A stretch of DNA of 64,000 nt from an uncultured Burkholderiales bacterium (GCA_964488915.1 CAZAWU010000001.1:2749-66748); one strand, 5' to 3'; counted from the first letter of the stretch, positions 1 through 10,521 are shown. Notes: a model not told the origin generated them from the sequence alone. A program made the numbers and translations.

Positions 1-2005
1 GCGACGGGTTGCTAGTCACCAGGCGTTGAATGAGCTGCTTGCTGATGAAGGGGCCGACGTTGGGATGATTAAAGATGTTGTCCAATGCATCCTTCAAATC
101 CTTCTCGGGCGTCTGCCCGGCCGGCAACACGGCACCATTGAGCAGCTGCTTGGTACCAGTGGAATGCTTGCTGGGAAACGCCTGCATAGGCGTCACCCAG
201 AACGGGTGAAAGCGCGGCCAGGGAATATTGTAGAAACCCTGGTCGGTCTTCGGGTTGATGCCCACGCTCCAGCCGCTGAACGCTTTGGCGAAGCCCAGCA
301 CGACATCTTGGTCGTAAGTCGGAATCGGATTGCCGCTGCTATCCAACCTCGGCGTCCCATCTTGATTCAGTTGGTGCAGTCCGATCGTGAACAGCTGCAG
401 GATCTCACGCGGATAGTTTTCGTTCGGTTGGCGCCCCGCGCCGGGATCTTCTTTCTCGCTGCGCATCATGTCGAGATAAAAGCCCATCGCATGGTGCAAA
501 GTAACGTCCTCCAGCAGCGCGCGGAAATTGCCGAACGCGTTGCGCCCAAGCATGTCCATGTAGGACGCGAAGGCGAATTCCTCACCGCCCAAGTCGCCGT
601 CGCGGAACGACACCACGAGGATCTGCGAGAGTGCGAAAGCCACCCGCTGCCGTAGCTGGTCTTGACCCTGAATCGCTTGCTTCCACAACGAGCTCATCAA
701 GGGCGTCTCATCGATACTGGTGATGTCCTTGTTAGACGGAAGCGCCAACTCGATGGCACGCAGCACGGCGTAGTGCGAACTCTGCGGCAGAGCGAACTGA
801 TCGTCGATCCACTTTGCCGGGCCTTTGGTCGCTGCGTCTTTGATCGCCACCGTGGTCGGCCCATAGCTTGCTTGAATCAACAAGCGCGCGGCGTCCTTCA
901 ATTGCGCGTCGGTGGGCGGCGGCGGAATGACTACACCGCCCGTTATCGTGAGCGCACCGCTTGTGGCAATCGCCGTCCAGCTTGCGCTTGCGTGCAATCG
1001 AATCTGGTATGTGCCTGCGGCCAAAGTACTCGGAATGGGAAACGGGCAGCTTCCGCTCGGCGCTGCCGCGCCGGCCGTCTTGGTGCAGTTCACGTACATC
1101 CAGTTGCCGTTGTGATTCTGCGAGGCGGCGCCCGGGGTATACAGACCAATCCAGTTCGTGCCGGTTGGTGAAGCGATACCGCTCCAACTCACCGTCACCG
1201 TGCCGCCCGCGGCGACGCTAGCGGGAGAGACGGAAACCACTGTACCGCCACCCCCGCCTCCACCACCAGTGATTGTCAACGCCGTGGTGGCAATCGCAGT
1301 CCAACTCGCGCTCGCATGTAGTCGGATTTCATACGCGCCGGCCACCAGGCCGCTCGGGAGCGGAAAAGCGCAGTTGCCGCTGGCACGTACAGCGCCGGCC
1401 GTCTTGGTGCAGTTCACGTACATCCAGTTGCCGTTGTGATTCTGCGAGGCGGCGCCCGGCGTATACAGACCAATCCAGTTAGTGCCCGTGGGCGACGCGA
1501 TCCCGCTCCAGCTTACCGTCACCGTACTGCCGGCGGCGGCACTGGCAGAGGAAACGCTCACTGTCGTGACGCCACCCCCGCTGCCACCGCCCGTAACAGT
1601 CAACGCCGTCTTGGCGATCGACGTCCAGCTCGCACTGGCGTGCAAGCGCAGTTCATAGCTGCCGCTTGCCGTCGTGCTGGGAACCGGAAAGGCGCAGCTG
1701 CCGCTCGCGAATGCCGCACCCGCCGTCTTGGTACAGTTTACGTACATCCAAACGCCGTTGTGATTTTGTGAGGGCGCGCCCGGGGTGTAGAGTCCGATCC
1801 AGTTGGTGCCGGTCGCAGCGCTGATTCCGCTCCAGCGCACAGTGACCGTGCTGCCGGCCACAATGACGGTTGGTGTGACGCTGAGCGTCTGCGCGAAGGC
1901 GGCGCCGGCACCGGTGGCGCAAAAGCAGAACGCGAGTGCTCGCAACAACCAGTTTGATACTCGAAAAAGATCGCGCATCTGCGCCATCAAAGCATGTATG
2001 CTCAT
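1..2005 (-). CDS. DUF1800-family secreted protein with signal peptide and three N-terminal tandem repeat domains (3' end runs off window start)
   Basis: Absent from the supplied track because it has no stop inside the window. My minus-strand translation from ATG at 2005 (GAGGAGAG RBS-like upstream) gives [45 protein letters not shown]... It stays open to position 1. The distal part reads [21 protein letters not shown] ... [19 protein letters not shown] ... [19 protein letters not shown], which I recognise as the DUF1800 core. Confidence 0.8.
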   Translation of the reverse strand, partial: MSIHALMAQMRDLFRVSNWLLRALAFCFCATGAGAAFAQTLSVTPTVIVAGSTVTVRWSGISAATGTNWIGLYTPGAPSQNHNGVWMYVNCTKTAGAAFASGSCAFPVPSTTASGSYELRLHASASWTSIAKTALTVTGGGSGGGVTTVSVSSASAAAGSTVTVSWSGIASPTGTNWIGLYTPGAASQNHNGNWMYVNCTKTAGAVRASGNCAFPLPSGLVAGAYEIRLHASASWTAIATTALTITGGGGGGGGTVVSVSPASVAAGGTVTVSWSGIASPTGTNWIGLYTPGAASQNHNGNWMYVNCTKTAGAAAPSGSCPFPIPSTLAAGTYQIRLHASASWTAIATSGALTITGGVVIPPPPTDAQLKDAARLLIQASYGPTTVAIKDAATKGPAKWIDDQFALPQSSHYAVLRAIELALPSNKDITSIDETPLMSSLWKQAIQGQDQLRQRVAFALSQILVVSFRDGDLGGEEFAFASYMDMLGRNAFGNFRALLEDVTLHHAMGFYLDMMRSEKEDPGAGRQPNENYPREILQLFTIGLHQLNQDGTPRLDSSGNPIPTYDQDVVLGFAKAFSGWSVGINPKTDQGFYNIPWPRFHPFWVTPMQAFPSKHSTGTKQLLNGAVLPAGQTPEKDLKDALDNIFNHPNVGPFISKQLIQRLVTSNPS
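920..1891 (-). repeat. 3 x 324-nt in-frame tandem repeat (108-aa units) inside the DUF1800 gene
   Basis: The marker string cttggt[g/a]cagtt[c/t]acgtacatcca recurs at 1079, 1403 and 1727, an exact 324-nt period. Each unit encodes ...TVTV(R/S)WSGI(S/A)..[31 protein letters not shown]...G.C.FP.PS....G.Y.(L/I)[11 protein letters not shown]...LT(V/I)TGG, joined by poly-Gly linkers. Confidence 0.9.
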
Positions 2006-2584
2006 AGCTCTCTCCTCGATACTGAAGTAGTCACACGCGCGCGCACTGCGCGGCGGCAAGCGCACGCACTCAGCGTGCCGCTAAGCGGGATTCCGCCCTG
2101 TGTTCAGCGCTTAGATCGAGTGATACGCAGGCAGCTGCCGGTACGCTGGTCAACGGCCGTATGCGACCGCTGATGCTGCGCTCGCGCACCCGGAGGAAAT
2201 GGCGTAGGGATTAAACCGCAAGATGGACGCGTCCGAAGACGCAGAGGACACAGCTGTCTGCCTGACACGAGAACCTCCACTAGAAAGTACGATCGATACC
2301 CGCCGATTTTTTCGCGGTGCTTCCGGGCAACTTTGTCGTACTTCTAGCGCTGCGGCCTCGATCGCGATTCATTCGCCATTCGATGCTCTGCAGCATGGCC
2401 CGCCTTTTGTTGGGCTTGTTATGTTGATGTCAATGTGCGCGCGAAGAATAAAACAAGCAATTTGAGTTTGTAAAGTGTTCTTGCGTGAATTTTTTGTTGC
2501 TTCGACGTAGTCACCGGTGACTATAGCTCGCGGCAACACTCGTTCATGCCACTTCGTCGCATCACAGCAAAGGGAACTTCTCGG

Positions 2585-3541
2585 CTACGCTGCCAGATAG
2601 GACGCAAGATCACGCAAGTCCACGTTGCCGCCACTGATTAGCACACCAACGCGCGCTCCACGCACGTCGATGCTGTGTTCCAACAAAGCGCTCGCAGCCA
2701 ATGCTCCGGTTGGTTCCACCACAATCTTCATGCGCTCGGCGAACAAACGCAGCGCGCGCACTAACGCCTCATCGGCAACGGTCAGCATATCGTCCACGCA
2801 GGCCAACACGATCGGAAAAGTAAGCGTGCCCAAGCTCAGCGTGCGCGCGCCGTCAGCGATCGTATGGGGCACACGCTCGAGCGCGTACAGCGACTTGCTC
2901 TTGAATGAACGCGTTGCATCGTTGCCTGCGGCAGGCTCGATACCCATCACTTTGCACGCGGGGGCCATCGCCTTCGCCGCAATCGCGCAGCCAGAAATCA
3001 AGCCGCCGCCGCCCACCGGCACCAGCAGGTAGTCCAACGCGCCAACCTCCTCGATCAACTCCTTCGCTGCCGTGCCCTGCCCGGCGATGATATGCGCATG
3101 ATCGAACGGTGGAATTGTGATCAAGCTTTCGCGCCGCGCGATCTCGCCGGCAACGATTTCGCGCTGCTCGCGCGCCGGATCGTACTGCACCACGCGCGCG
3201 CCGTAGCCTTCCACTGCAGCACGCTTGACCGCCGGTGCGTTGCTCGGCATGACGACCACCGCGCGCATGTCCAGCAAACGCGCGGCCAGCGCAATAGCTT
3301 GGCCATGATTGCCAGAGGAATAAGTGATCACGCCGCTGCCCGCCGGCAGTTGCGACAGCGCGTTGTACGCACCGCGAAACTTGAACGCGCCGATGCGCTG
3401 CAAGTTCTCGCACTTAAAGAACACGTGCGCGCCGGTAAGCGCATTGACCGTGCGCGACGCCATGACGGGCGTTACGTGTGCAACGCCTGCGATGCGCCGC
3501 GCCGCAGCGGCGATGTCGTCGTAGTTAACCGCTAAGCTCAT
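2585..3541 (-). CDS. PLP-dependent threonine/serine dehydratase family enzyme (serine racemase / hydroxyaspartate ammonia-lyase-like)
   Basis: 318 aa. FFKCENLQRIGAFKFRGAYNAL (PLP-lysine motif) and YSSGNHGQAIALAA, typical of fold-type II dehydratases. Confidence 0.85.
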   Translation of the reverse strand: MSLAVNYDDIAAAARRIAGVAHVTPVMASRTVNALTGAHVFFKCENLQRIGAFKFRGAYNALSQLPAGSGVITYSSGNHGQAIALAARLLDMRAVVVMPSNAPAVKRAAVEGYGARVVQYDPAREQREIVAGEIARRESLITIPPFDHAHIIAGQGTAAKELIEEVGALDYLLVPVGGGGLISGCAIAAKAMAPACKVMGIEPAAGNDATRSFKSKSLYALERVPHTIADGARTLSLGTLTFPIVLACVDDMLTVADEALVRALRLFAERMKIVVEPTGALAASALLEHSIDVRGARVGVLISGGNVDLRDLASYLAA

Positions 3542-3604
3542 ACCGTCATATGGATATCTTCATAAGTGTCACCCAAAGCCATCCTACGAACAATACCATT
3601 AATA

Positions 3605-4126
3605 CTATGGCCGAAACGAAACCGCCACCGCACCTTTGTCCGCACCTACACACAAATTGGTGATGCTCACTACCCCGCCCTGCGGGAAATGCCAGCTGCG
3701 CCCACCCGGTTCAGTGGCGACGATCATATTGTGCGTACCGTATTCGCGGGTGAACTGCTCCTCGGCGTGGCGCAGCAATCGCAGACATTCGCCCGCGGGC
3801 GTTGTGGCACTGTAGCGATTGAAGCGCAGTGTGATCGCGGCAAGCCGGTCGCTCAATTTATCGAATAGCATCAGGAGTTCCGCCGCTTCGCCGAACGCCT
3901 GCGTCACGCGCGACAAATACTTTGGCGCGAAACTATCGCTGCGCTGCGCGCTTTGCGTATCGTCGGCGTAGAGTGCATCGGCCTCGGCAAAGCTCATGCC
4001 GAAGCGATACCCCCCATACCCATCGATACGCAGCGGCGGATCAGCGCTCGCATCCGTCACCACACAACCGGTCAACACGAAAAGCGCCACGGCGGCACGC
4101 CGCGGCGCTGCCCGCGAGTTCAACAT
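3605..4126 (-). CDS. Hypothetical lipoprotein
   Basis: Track ORF 3605..4297 trimmed to the internal ATG at 4126, which overlaps the TGA of the upstream gene (TGATG coupling). [21 protein letters not shown] carries the lipobox LTGC. No family recognised. Confidence 0.6.
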   Translation of the reverse strand: MLNSRAAPRRAAVALFVLTGCVVTDASADPPLRIDGYGGYRFGMSFAEADALYADDTQSAQRSDSFAPKYLSRVTQAFGEAAELLMLFDKLSDRLAAITLRFNRYSATTPAGECLRLLRHAEEQFTREYGTHNMIVATEPGGRSWHFPQGGVVSITNLCVGADKGAVAVSFRP

Positions 4127-5496
4127 CAAGCTGCTTTGACTGCGGGCAAACCCGCCAGCGCCATTGCCAATTCTTTTTCGTCGTAGTCTTGATCGACCAG
4201 CTTGCCGGCGAAGTAGTCGCTGTACGCCTGCATGTCGAAGTGGCCGTGGCCACACAGATTGAAGACGATGCTGCGCGAGACACCTTCCTCCTTGCACTTG
4301 AGCGCCTCGTCGATTGCGCCGCGCACAGCGTGATTGGCTTCTGGCGCCGGCACGATGCCCTCGGCGCGCGCAAAGGCGACACCCGCCTCAAAGCATTTGG
4401 TTTGATGATAAGCGCGCGCCTCGATTAGCCCAAGCTGTTTAACGTGCGAGATCAGCGGCGCCATGCCGTGGTAGCGCAAACCGCCCGCATGGAAGCCCGG
4501 CGGCATGAAGGTCGAACCGAGCGTGTGCATCTTCACCAGCGGCGTCATGTGACCGGTGTCGCCGAAATCGTAGGCGTACTTGCCGCGCGTCAGGCTCGGG
4601 CACGCCGCCGGCTCGACCGCGATGACGCGCACTTTGCGCCCGCCGCGCAATTGCGCGCCGATAAACGGAAAGGTGAAACCAGCGAAGTTCGAACCGCCGC
4701 CGGTGCAACCCACCAAAACATCCGGCGCATCGCCCGCCATTTCCAATTGCTTCATCGCTTCGATGCCGATGACAGTCTGATGCATCAGCACGTGATTGAG
4801 CACTGAGCCGAGCGCGTACTTAGTGTCCTCGCGCTGCGCCGCGACTTCCACCGCTTCTGAAATCGCGATGCCCAGACTACCCATATTGTTCGGATCTTTC
4901 TCCAGCAGGGAACGGCCGTACTGGGTTTCATTCGACGGGCTGGCGATGCACTTCGCGCCGTACGTTTCCATCAGCGCGCGGCGGTACGGCTTCTGGTTGT
5001 ACGACACCTTCACCATGAACACCGTGACGTCGATACCGAACAACGCACCGGCGAACGCGAGCGACGAGCCCCACTGCCCCGCTCCAGTCTCGGTGGAGAT
5101 GCGCTTAACGCCCGCCTCTTTGTTGTAGAACGCCTGCGGCACTGCGGTGTTGGGCTTGTGGCTGCCGGCCGGACTCACGCCTTCGTACTTGTAGTAAATC
5201 TTCGCCGGCGTACCGAGCACCTTCTCCAGTCGCCGCGCGCGATACAACGGCGATGGCCGCCATTGCTTGTACACATCGCGTACCGGCTGCGGAATTTCGA
5301 TATGGCGTTCTTGCGAGACTTCTTGCAGGATGAGCGACATCGGAAACAGTGGCGCGAGATCGTCCGGCCCGATCGGGTTGCCCGTGCCCGGATGCAACAC
5401 CGGCGGCGGCGGTGACGGCAGGTCCGCCATGATGTTGTACCAATCTTTCGGGATATCGCTTTCTGCGAGCAGATACTTCACGCTGTCGGTCATCAT
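4126..5496 (-). CDS. TrpB-like PLP-dependent enzyme (long 'TrpB2' form of tryptophan synthase beta)
   Basis: 456 aa. [47 protein letters not shown] and [12 protein letters not shown] are recognisable TrpB2-type motifs. No trpA is adjacent. Confidence 0.9.
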   Translation of the reverse strand: MMTDSVKYLLAESDIPKDWYNIMADLPSPPPPVLHPGTGNPIGPDDLAPLFPMSLILQEVSQERHIEIPQPVRDVYKQWRPSPLYRARRLEKVLGTPAKIYYKYEGVSPAGSHKPNTAVPQAFYNKEAGVKRISTETGAGQWGSSLAFAGALFGIDVTVFMVKVSYNQKPYRRALMETYGAKCIASPSNETQYGRSLLEKDPNNMGSLGIAISEAVEVAAQREDTKYALGSVLNHVLMHQTVIGIEAMKQLEMAGDAPDVLVGCTGGGSNFAGFTFPFIGAQLRGGRKVRVIAVEPAACPSLTRGKYAYDFGDTGHMTPLVKMHTLGSTFMPPGFHAGGLRYHGMAPLISHVKQLGLIEARAYHQTKCFEAGVAFARAEGIVPAPEANHAVRGAIDEALKCKEEGVSRSIVFNLCGHGHFDMQAYSDYFAGKLVDQDYDEKELAMALAGLPAVKAA

Positions 5497-5718
5497 CGCC
5501 TCCGGAAGCTTGTAGATTTGTAGTGGTTACGGTTGCCAGCGGAGATGGTAGCAGCGTGTGCGCGGCGTGGGAAATGCCGCCGGGTTCATCAGACAACGCT
5601 ACGTCACGTAACCAATACTGGTTATGCCTTTCTTTGTGGAATGACTGTCACAGCGATTCATCGAGTTATCCTGTATTAGGTATCACCACAAAGCACCCTA
5701 ACGCAATGAACCGAGCAG

Positions 5719-5940
5719 CTAGTGTAGTGCTTCGTTCTTAACAGCACAAAAGATGGCGAGAAATCAAGCCAGACTGCGTTGCAAATTCTCGCGAGGTGTT
5801 CAACCTCGCTGCGACACTGGGGAAACAGGGGCCCCATCCCCTGGTGGCCTTGTTTGGCTTGATTTTCGCCACTTTTGCTGCATTAGACGACTGCGCGAGA
5901 TCCAAACATAAGTGCCATTGAGAACGAAGCACTACACTAG
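5719..5940. repeat. Nested imperfect inverted repeat (MITE-like element or structured RNA), about 220 nt
   Basis: Perfect 20-bp arms: ctagtgtagtgcttcgttct (5719-5738) and agaacgaagcactacactag (5921-5940). Inner arms cagcacaaaagatggcgagaaatcaagcca / tggcttgattttcgccacttttgctg pair with three 1-nt bulges. Apical cagggg-ccccat-cccctg. The two arms produce the mirrored AASVVLRS peptides in track ORFs 5523..5741(+) and 5738..5998(-). Confidence 0.75.
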
Positions 5941-5991
5941 CGGCCGCCATGAATCGCGTATGATCGTCGCGCCTAACGTAGGGAGATTCCC

Positions 5992-6855
5992 ATGTCACGC
6001 TGGACTGAACGGCGCGAGGGCTTGCGCCGCATCTTGACGGGGGCGCGCTGCGTCCATCCCGCCTCCGTGCACGACGCCGTCTCCGCGCGCATCGCCGAAG
6101 AGCTCGGTTTTGAAATTTCGATGCTCGCAGGCTCCGTCGCCTCGCTCGCGGTGCTGGGCGGACCCGATCTCGTGCTGCTAACCCTGAGCGAATTTACTGA
6201 GCAGGCGCGCCGCATCGGCCGCGCGGGCGCACTGCCGCTTTTGTGCGACGCCGATCATGGCTACGGCAACGCACTGAACGTCATGCGCACCGTGGAAGAA
6301 CTGGAAACGGCTGGGGTCGCCGCGCTGTCGATCGAAGACACGCTGCTGCCGCAAGCCTACGCGACCGGCGGTAAAGCGCAACTCATCTCGCGCGCCGAAG
6401 GGGTCGACAAGGTGCGCGCCGCGCTCGCCGCGCGCACCGACCCGGCACTCGTCATCGCCGGACGCACCAGCGCGCCAGCGATCAGCGGTATCGCCGATGC
6501 GATCGAGCGCCTGCGCGCCTACGAAGATGCCGGCGTCGACGCGCTGTTCGCGGTCGGGATCAAAACCAAACACGATCTCGACGCCCTCGCCGCCGCCGTC
6601 AAGTTGCCATTGATTCTCGGCGGTGTCGGCAAAGAAATACGCGATCCCGCCTATCTCGCCGCACGCGGCGTGCGCATCTGCTTGCAGGGTCATCAACCAT
6701 TCGCCGCCAGCGTGCAGGCGTTGTACCTAACGATGAAGGCGCTGCGCGAGGGTGTCGCGCCGGAGAGTTTGCCGAGTATCGCCGACGAAGCGCTCATGTC
6801 GCGCGTAGCCGGCGCCGCGCAGTACGCGCGACACACCAAGGAGTTTCTCGGTTGA
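5992..6855 (+). CDS. Oxaloacetate decarboxylase / PEP-mutase-isocitrate-lyase superfamily enzyme
   Basis: 287 aa. HPASVHDAVSARIAEELGFE, LPLLCDADHGYGNALNVMRTVEELETAGVAALSIEDT. Strongly resembles the roughly 287-aa Mg-dependent oxaloacetate decarboxylases of this superfamily (Pseudomonas PA4872 type). GGGAG RBS upstream. Confidence 0.8.
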   Translation: MSRWTERREGLRRILTGARCVHPASVHDAVSARIAEELGFEISMLAGSVASLAVLGGPDLVLLTLSEFTEQARRIGRAGALPLLCDADHGYGNALNVMRTVEELETAGVAALSIEDTLLPQAYATGGKAQLISRAEGVDKVRAALAARTDPALVIAGRTSAPAISGIADAIERLRAYEDAGVDALFAVGIKTKHDLDALAAAVKLPLILGGVGKEIRDPAYLAARGVRICLQGHQPFAASVQALYLTMKALREGVAPESLPSIADEALMSRVAGAAQYARHTKEFLG

Positions 6856-7556
6856 GCATCGAGGAGATCAAACGCAGCATAAAAGTCTGCATGTTCGACC
6901 AGTACGGCACCGTGGTCGACATGCAGACCGGTCTGACCGAAGCAGTCACACCTTACTTGACACGGAAAGGCTGGCGCGGCCGACCCGACGCGCTGGTGAC
7001 TTGGTGGCGGCGCACGCACTTCGAAAATTCAATGATTGACGCACTGTTGCTCAAAGAACACACGCCGTACCGCGAGATCGGCCGGCGCTCACTGGCCTAC
7101 ACGCTGGAGCGCGCCAGCATCGCACACACCGATGAGGAGGTGCGCGAGCTAGTCGCCCACATCGCATGCCTTAAGCCATTCCCCGAGGTTCCCGCAGCGC
7201 TGGCGCGCATCCGGGCGCGCTACCCGATCGTTGTGCTCTCGAACGGCGATCCTGACATGCTCGAAGCAGCGCGAGCGCACCACCAAATCGAGTTCGACAG
7301 AATCATCTCTGTCGCCGCCGCCAACGCTTTCAAACCGCACGCCGCCACCTACACCAAAGCCGCGCAGATCATGGGGGTACGCATGGAGGAAGTTCTGTTC
7401 GTCGCGAACCACAGCTTCGACTGTATCGGCGCCAAGGCCGCGGGCATGCGCACGGCATTCATCAACCGGCGCAATCGTCCCTTTGGTGAAACGCCATACC
7501 AGCCCGACCTCGTCGTAGCGGATATGACAGGTCTTGCCGACTTGTTGAAGTCTTAA
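6852..7556 (+). CDS. Haloacid dehalogenase type II / HAD-superfamily hydrolase
   Basis: 234 aa. HAD motif I in CMFDQYGTVVD, VLSNGDPDML, FKPHAATY, FVANHSFDCIGAKAAGM. TTG start overlaps the upstream stop by 4 nt. Confidence 0.8.
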   Translation: MSIEEIKRSIKVCMFDQYGTVVDMQTGLTEAVTPYLTRKGWRGRPDALVTWWRRTHFENSMIDALLLKEHTPYREIGRRSLAYTLERASIAHTDEEVRELVAHIACLKPFPEVPAALARIRARYPIVVLSNGDPDMLEAARAHHQIEFDRIISVAAANAFKPHAATYTKAAQIMGVRMEEVLFVANHSFDCIGAKAAGMRTAFINRRNRPFGETPYQPDLVVADMTGLADLLKS

Positions 7557-7816
7557 ATGTCGCTTGACCAGCGCTTGCGGGAACGCCGCCGTCGCGTCGG
7601 CAATACGACAGCTTGCGTGAAGTAGGGCGACGCGCCGCGAATGACCCCGAGGGCCAACTAGGGGCCAAGCACTGGGCCGGCACGACTTGCGTGGGTTTCT
7701 CGAGAGGCACAACCAGTTGGCGTGCCTTTCTCTAGCGCGTTCGCCATACGGAAACGAATACTGACTGATTGTCGCGCCATCGAAACTCGTCGCCGCCGCA
7801 CCCGCGGTGATTCGAT

Positions 7817-8860
7817 CTATTCCGAGCGCCGCAACCGATTGCCCGAGCGAGTTTGCCGTTCGCGAATGGCGCTAGGCGTAGCGCCGATTCTCTGTTTGCA
7901 GAATCGCGTAAAGGTGGATTGCTCCGAAAATCCCACCAAACCGGCAATCTCGGCTATCGGATACTGCGTATCCTGCAAGTAGCGAAGCGCTGCTTCGCGC
8001 CGGACGTCATCGCGTATGGATTCGAAGCTGGTGCCTTCTTGCGTAAGGCGCCGTTGCAGTGTGCGCGGGTGCATGGCCAACGTGGCCGCAACCGCGGACT
8101 TGTCAGCGAAGCGGCTACCCAGGCAGTGGCGCAGCGCAAGATGTACGCGCGCTGCGAATGCGGCATCGGGTTGCGGAAAACGTTGAGTGAGATAGTCCGT
8201 GGCGATTTTCAGCAGTGTCGCTTTGGCTGCGTGCACCGGCGCCGCCAGCATCGAGGCGGCGAAGTGCAGTGCGCAATAGGCCTGCCCGGTTCGGACAGGG
8301 ACACCGAAGTAGCTCTCATGCGCCCTCGTACCGTCCTTGGGTACAAATGGTAGTGAGACTGCGGCCAGAGCGTAATGCTCGGCAGCCAACATCCGCAGCG
8401 TGCTGTGCGCGATGGCGATGCCGTGGTCAAACACCTGCGGCGCCACGCGCAATCTGCCACCATCTGAGGGTTCATAGCGTAGATCTATCACGCCTGGTGC
8501 TACGTCACTATGCAAATGAGTGCTTATCACTAGCGCTGGGCTTTGCACGTACAAGAAGCGAGTAAGGCACTTAAGTGATTCCGCGATGGTCGGGCAGTTC
8601 TGCATCGCCAGGGCGAGCGGCCCCAGCATGCTGATGTCTTGGTACTGTGCCGCGCGCAGTCCGATGTCTTGCAACCCCGTATGCTCGGCGCTTACAGCAA
8701 GCAGGTCGAACGCTGCTTGCAGCGATACGCGGTTATCCTCGTCCGCTAACATCTCTGCACTAAGACCGCAGCGCGCCAGCAGCGGCGAGGGATCATGGCC
8801 CAAGGCGCGCATCATGCGCTGATAACCTTGCATCCCACCGGCGCGAACGGTCGTCTCCAT
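7817..8860 (-). CDS. AraC-family transcriptional regulator
   Basis: C-terminal AraC HTH (AATLAMHPRTLQRRL ... IAEIAGLVGFSEQSTFTRFCKQRIGATPSAIR). The track start at 8935 would leave only 23 bp to the divergent gene, so I prefer ATG 8860 (METTVRAGGMQGYQ). Confidence 0.85.
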   Translation of the reverse strand: METTVRAGGMQGYQRMMRALGHDPSPLLARCGLSAEMLADEDNRVSLQAAFDLLAVSAEHTGLQDIGLRAAQYQDISMLGPLALAMQNCPTIAESLKCLTRFLYVQSPALVISTHLHSDVAPGVIDLRYEPSDGGRLRVAPQVFDHGIAIAHSTLRMLAAEHYALAAVSLPFVPKDGTRAHESYFGVPVRTGQAYCALHFAASMLAAPVHAAKATLLKIATDYLTQRFPQPDAAFAARVHLALRHCLGSRFADKSAVAATLAMHPRTLQRRLTQEGTSFESIRDDVRREAALRYLQDTQYPIAEIAGLVGFSEQSTFTRFCKQRIGATPSAIRERQTRSGNRLRRSE

Positions 8861-8958
8861 GTCTCGATATGCTAAATCTTTGTCCGGATCAGTCAATACA
8901 GGCCATTCGGACTGGCGCAAGATTCGCTCTAACAAAGGTAACCCTAAGGAGCGGCCTC

Positions 8959-10521
8959 ATGCAAGCAGATGTGTTTGACGTGCTTGTTATCGGTGCTGGC
9001 GTGTCTGGAATCGGCATGGGATGCGCGCTCAAAACCCGCTGCCCGAATAAGAAATTCGCTATTCTCGAGCGGCGCGAGCGCCTTGGCGGCACGTGGGACT
9101 TGTTTCGCTTTCCCGGCGTGCGGTCGGATTCCGACATGCATAGCTATGCTTACCAGTTTCGGCCTTGGCGTTCATTCAAGGTGCTCGGCGATGGCGCTTC
9201 GATTCGCAGTTATCTCGCCGAAACCGCGCGCGAATTCGCTGTCGAGCCGCACATAATCTATGGCGTAGAGGTCAACACGGCGAGCTGGTCCTCAGCGACC
9301 CAGCTGTGGACGCTGCACGTCGCCGCTAGATCGGGGCGGCAACCACAAAAATATCGTTGCCGCTTTCTAGTGATGGGCACAGGCTACTTTGACTACGCTG
9401 CTGGTTATCGCCCATCGATACCTGGCCTAGAGCAATTCGCGGGACCGGTGGTGCACCCACAGCAATGGCCGGAAAACCTCGACTATCGCAACAAGCGCGT
9501 GATCGTAATCGGCAGCGGCGCCACTGCAATCACGCTCGTGCCAGCACTTGCGCAGTCAGCAGCGCAAGTAACTATGTTGCAGCGCTCGCCAAGCTATTTG
9601 CTCAGTTTACCGACGCACGATCGCCTGGCGCGGTTGCTTTGCCGCTTCGTGCCGAGCGCGTGGGCATTCGCGCTCGGACGGCGTTTGAGCATCACGGTCG
9701 GCAACTTGATTTACTATGCGTCGCGGCGCTGGCCCGAGCGGCTGCGTAAGCTTCTCGTCGCGAGTGTGCGCAAGCAACTGCAAGGCTCCGCGGACATGCG
9801 CGATTTCGAACCACACTACGGCCCCTGGGATCAGCGGCTTTGCATCGTCTCGGATGGCGATCTTTTCGAGCGCATTCGCGCTGGGAAAGTGCAGGTCGTC
9901 ACTGACGAAGTCGAATGTGTCGAAGCCGATCATGTGCGACTAAAGTCCGGCCGTAGTATCGAAGCCGACATCGTCGTCACTGCCACTGGATTCAGTCTGA
10001 AAGCGCTCGGAGGTATCGACGTGCGCATCGATGGGAAACGCTATCAAGTCCCCGAAAACATGTTGTACAAAGGCGTGCTGCTTCAAGGCCTGCCGAACTT
10101 GGCTTGGATCGTGGGATACGTGAACGCTTCATGGACCATCAAGGCAGAGATGGCGGCCACGTACATCTGCAATCTGCTCAAACACATGGACGCAAACGGC
10201 CACGCTGTTGCGATTGCCCATGATCGGGAGGGCTGCCGGCTTGACGACAACATCATGTCGGTCCTAGACGCGGGTTACGTCAAGCGCTCCGGTAGCGAAC
10301 TTCCGCGCCAAGGCAGCAAGGCGCCATGGCGCGTCACTCACAATCAGCGCGTCGATCGCCGCTTGCTGATAGAGGCTCCGATCGAGGACGGCATCCTGAG
10401 CTTCGAGCGCGCGCGCAGGCCTGCTCGAAGCGCGCAAGCGTACGTACGATCAGATTCAGACCGGAAGGTACGTGGGGCGAGCCTCTGGGCCTACCCTCGC
10501 AGGATCTCGTCCTCCGGGTGA
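8959..10521 (+). CDS. FAD/NAD(P)-dependent flavin monooxygenase (Baeyer-Villiger/FMO type)
   Basis: Track ORF trimmed to ATG 8959 (AAGGA RBS). MQADVFDVLVIGAGVSGIG (GxGxxG), GGTWDLFRFPGVRSDS, and a second dinucleotide motif VIVIGSGATAI. Divergent from the AraC regulator. Confidence 0.85.
   Translation: MQADVFDVLVIGAGVSGIGMGCALKTRCPNKKFAILERRERLGGTWDLFRFPGVRSDSDMHSYAYQFRPWRSFKVLGDGASIRSYLAETAREFAVEPHIIYGVEVNTASWSSATQLWTLHVAARSGRQPQKYRCRFLVMGTGYFDYAAGYRPSIPGLEQFAGPVVHPQQWPENLDYRNKRVIVIGSGATAITLVPALAQSAAQVTMLQRSPSYLLSLPTHDRLARLLCRFVPSAWAFALGRRLSITVGNLIYYASRRWPERLRKLLVASVRKQLQGSADMRDFEPHYGPWDQRLCIVSDGDLFERIRAGKVQVVTDEVECVEADHVRLKSGRSIEADIVVTATGFSLKALGGIDVRIDGKRYQVPENMLYKGVLLQGLPNLAWIVGYVNASWTIKAEMAATYICNLLKHMDANGHAVAIAHDREGCRLDDNIMSVLDAGYVKRSGSELPRQGSKAPWRVTHNQRVDRRLLIEAPIEDGILSFERARRPARSAQAYVRSDSDRKVRGASLWAYPRRISSSG

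Noticed and set aside
26-1922. Plus- and minus-strand track ORFs 26..655, 662..1171, 732..1187, 1158..1439, 1436..1771 and 1653..1922
   Set aside because: All lie in wrong frames or on the wrong strand of the DUF1800 repeat gene. Their apparent internal repeats (e.g. [12 protein letters not shown] twice) are just the 324-nt tandem repeat read out of frame.
7701-7733. Imperfect hairpin gagaggcac...gtgcctttctc in the HAD/AraC convergent spacer as a terminator
   Set aside because: It is about 150 nt from the nearest stop, has an imperfect stem and lacks a U-tract.
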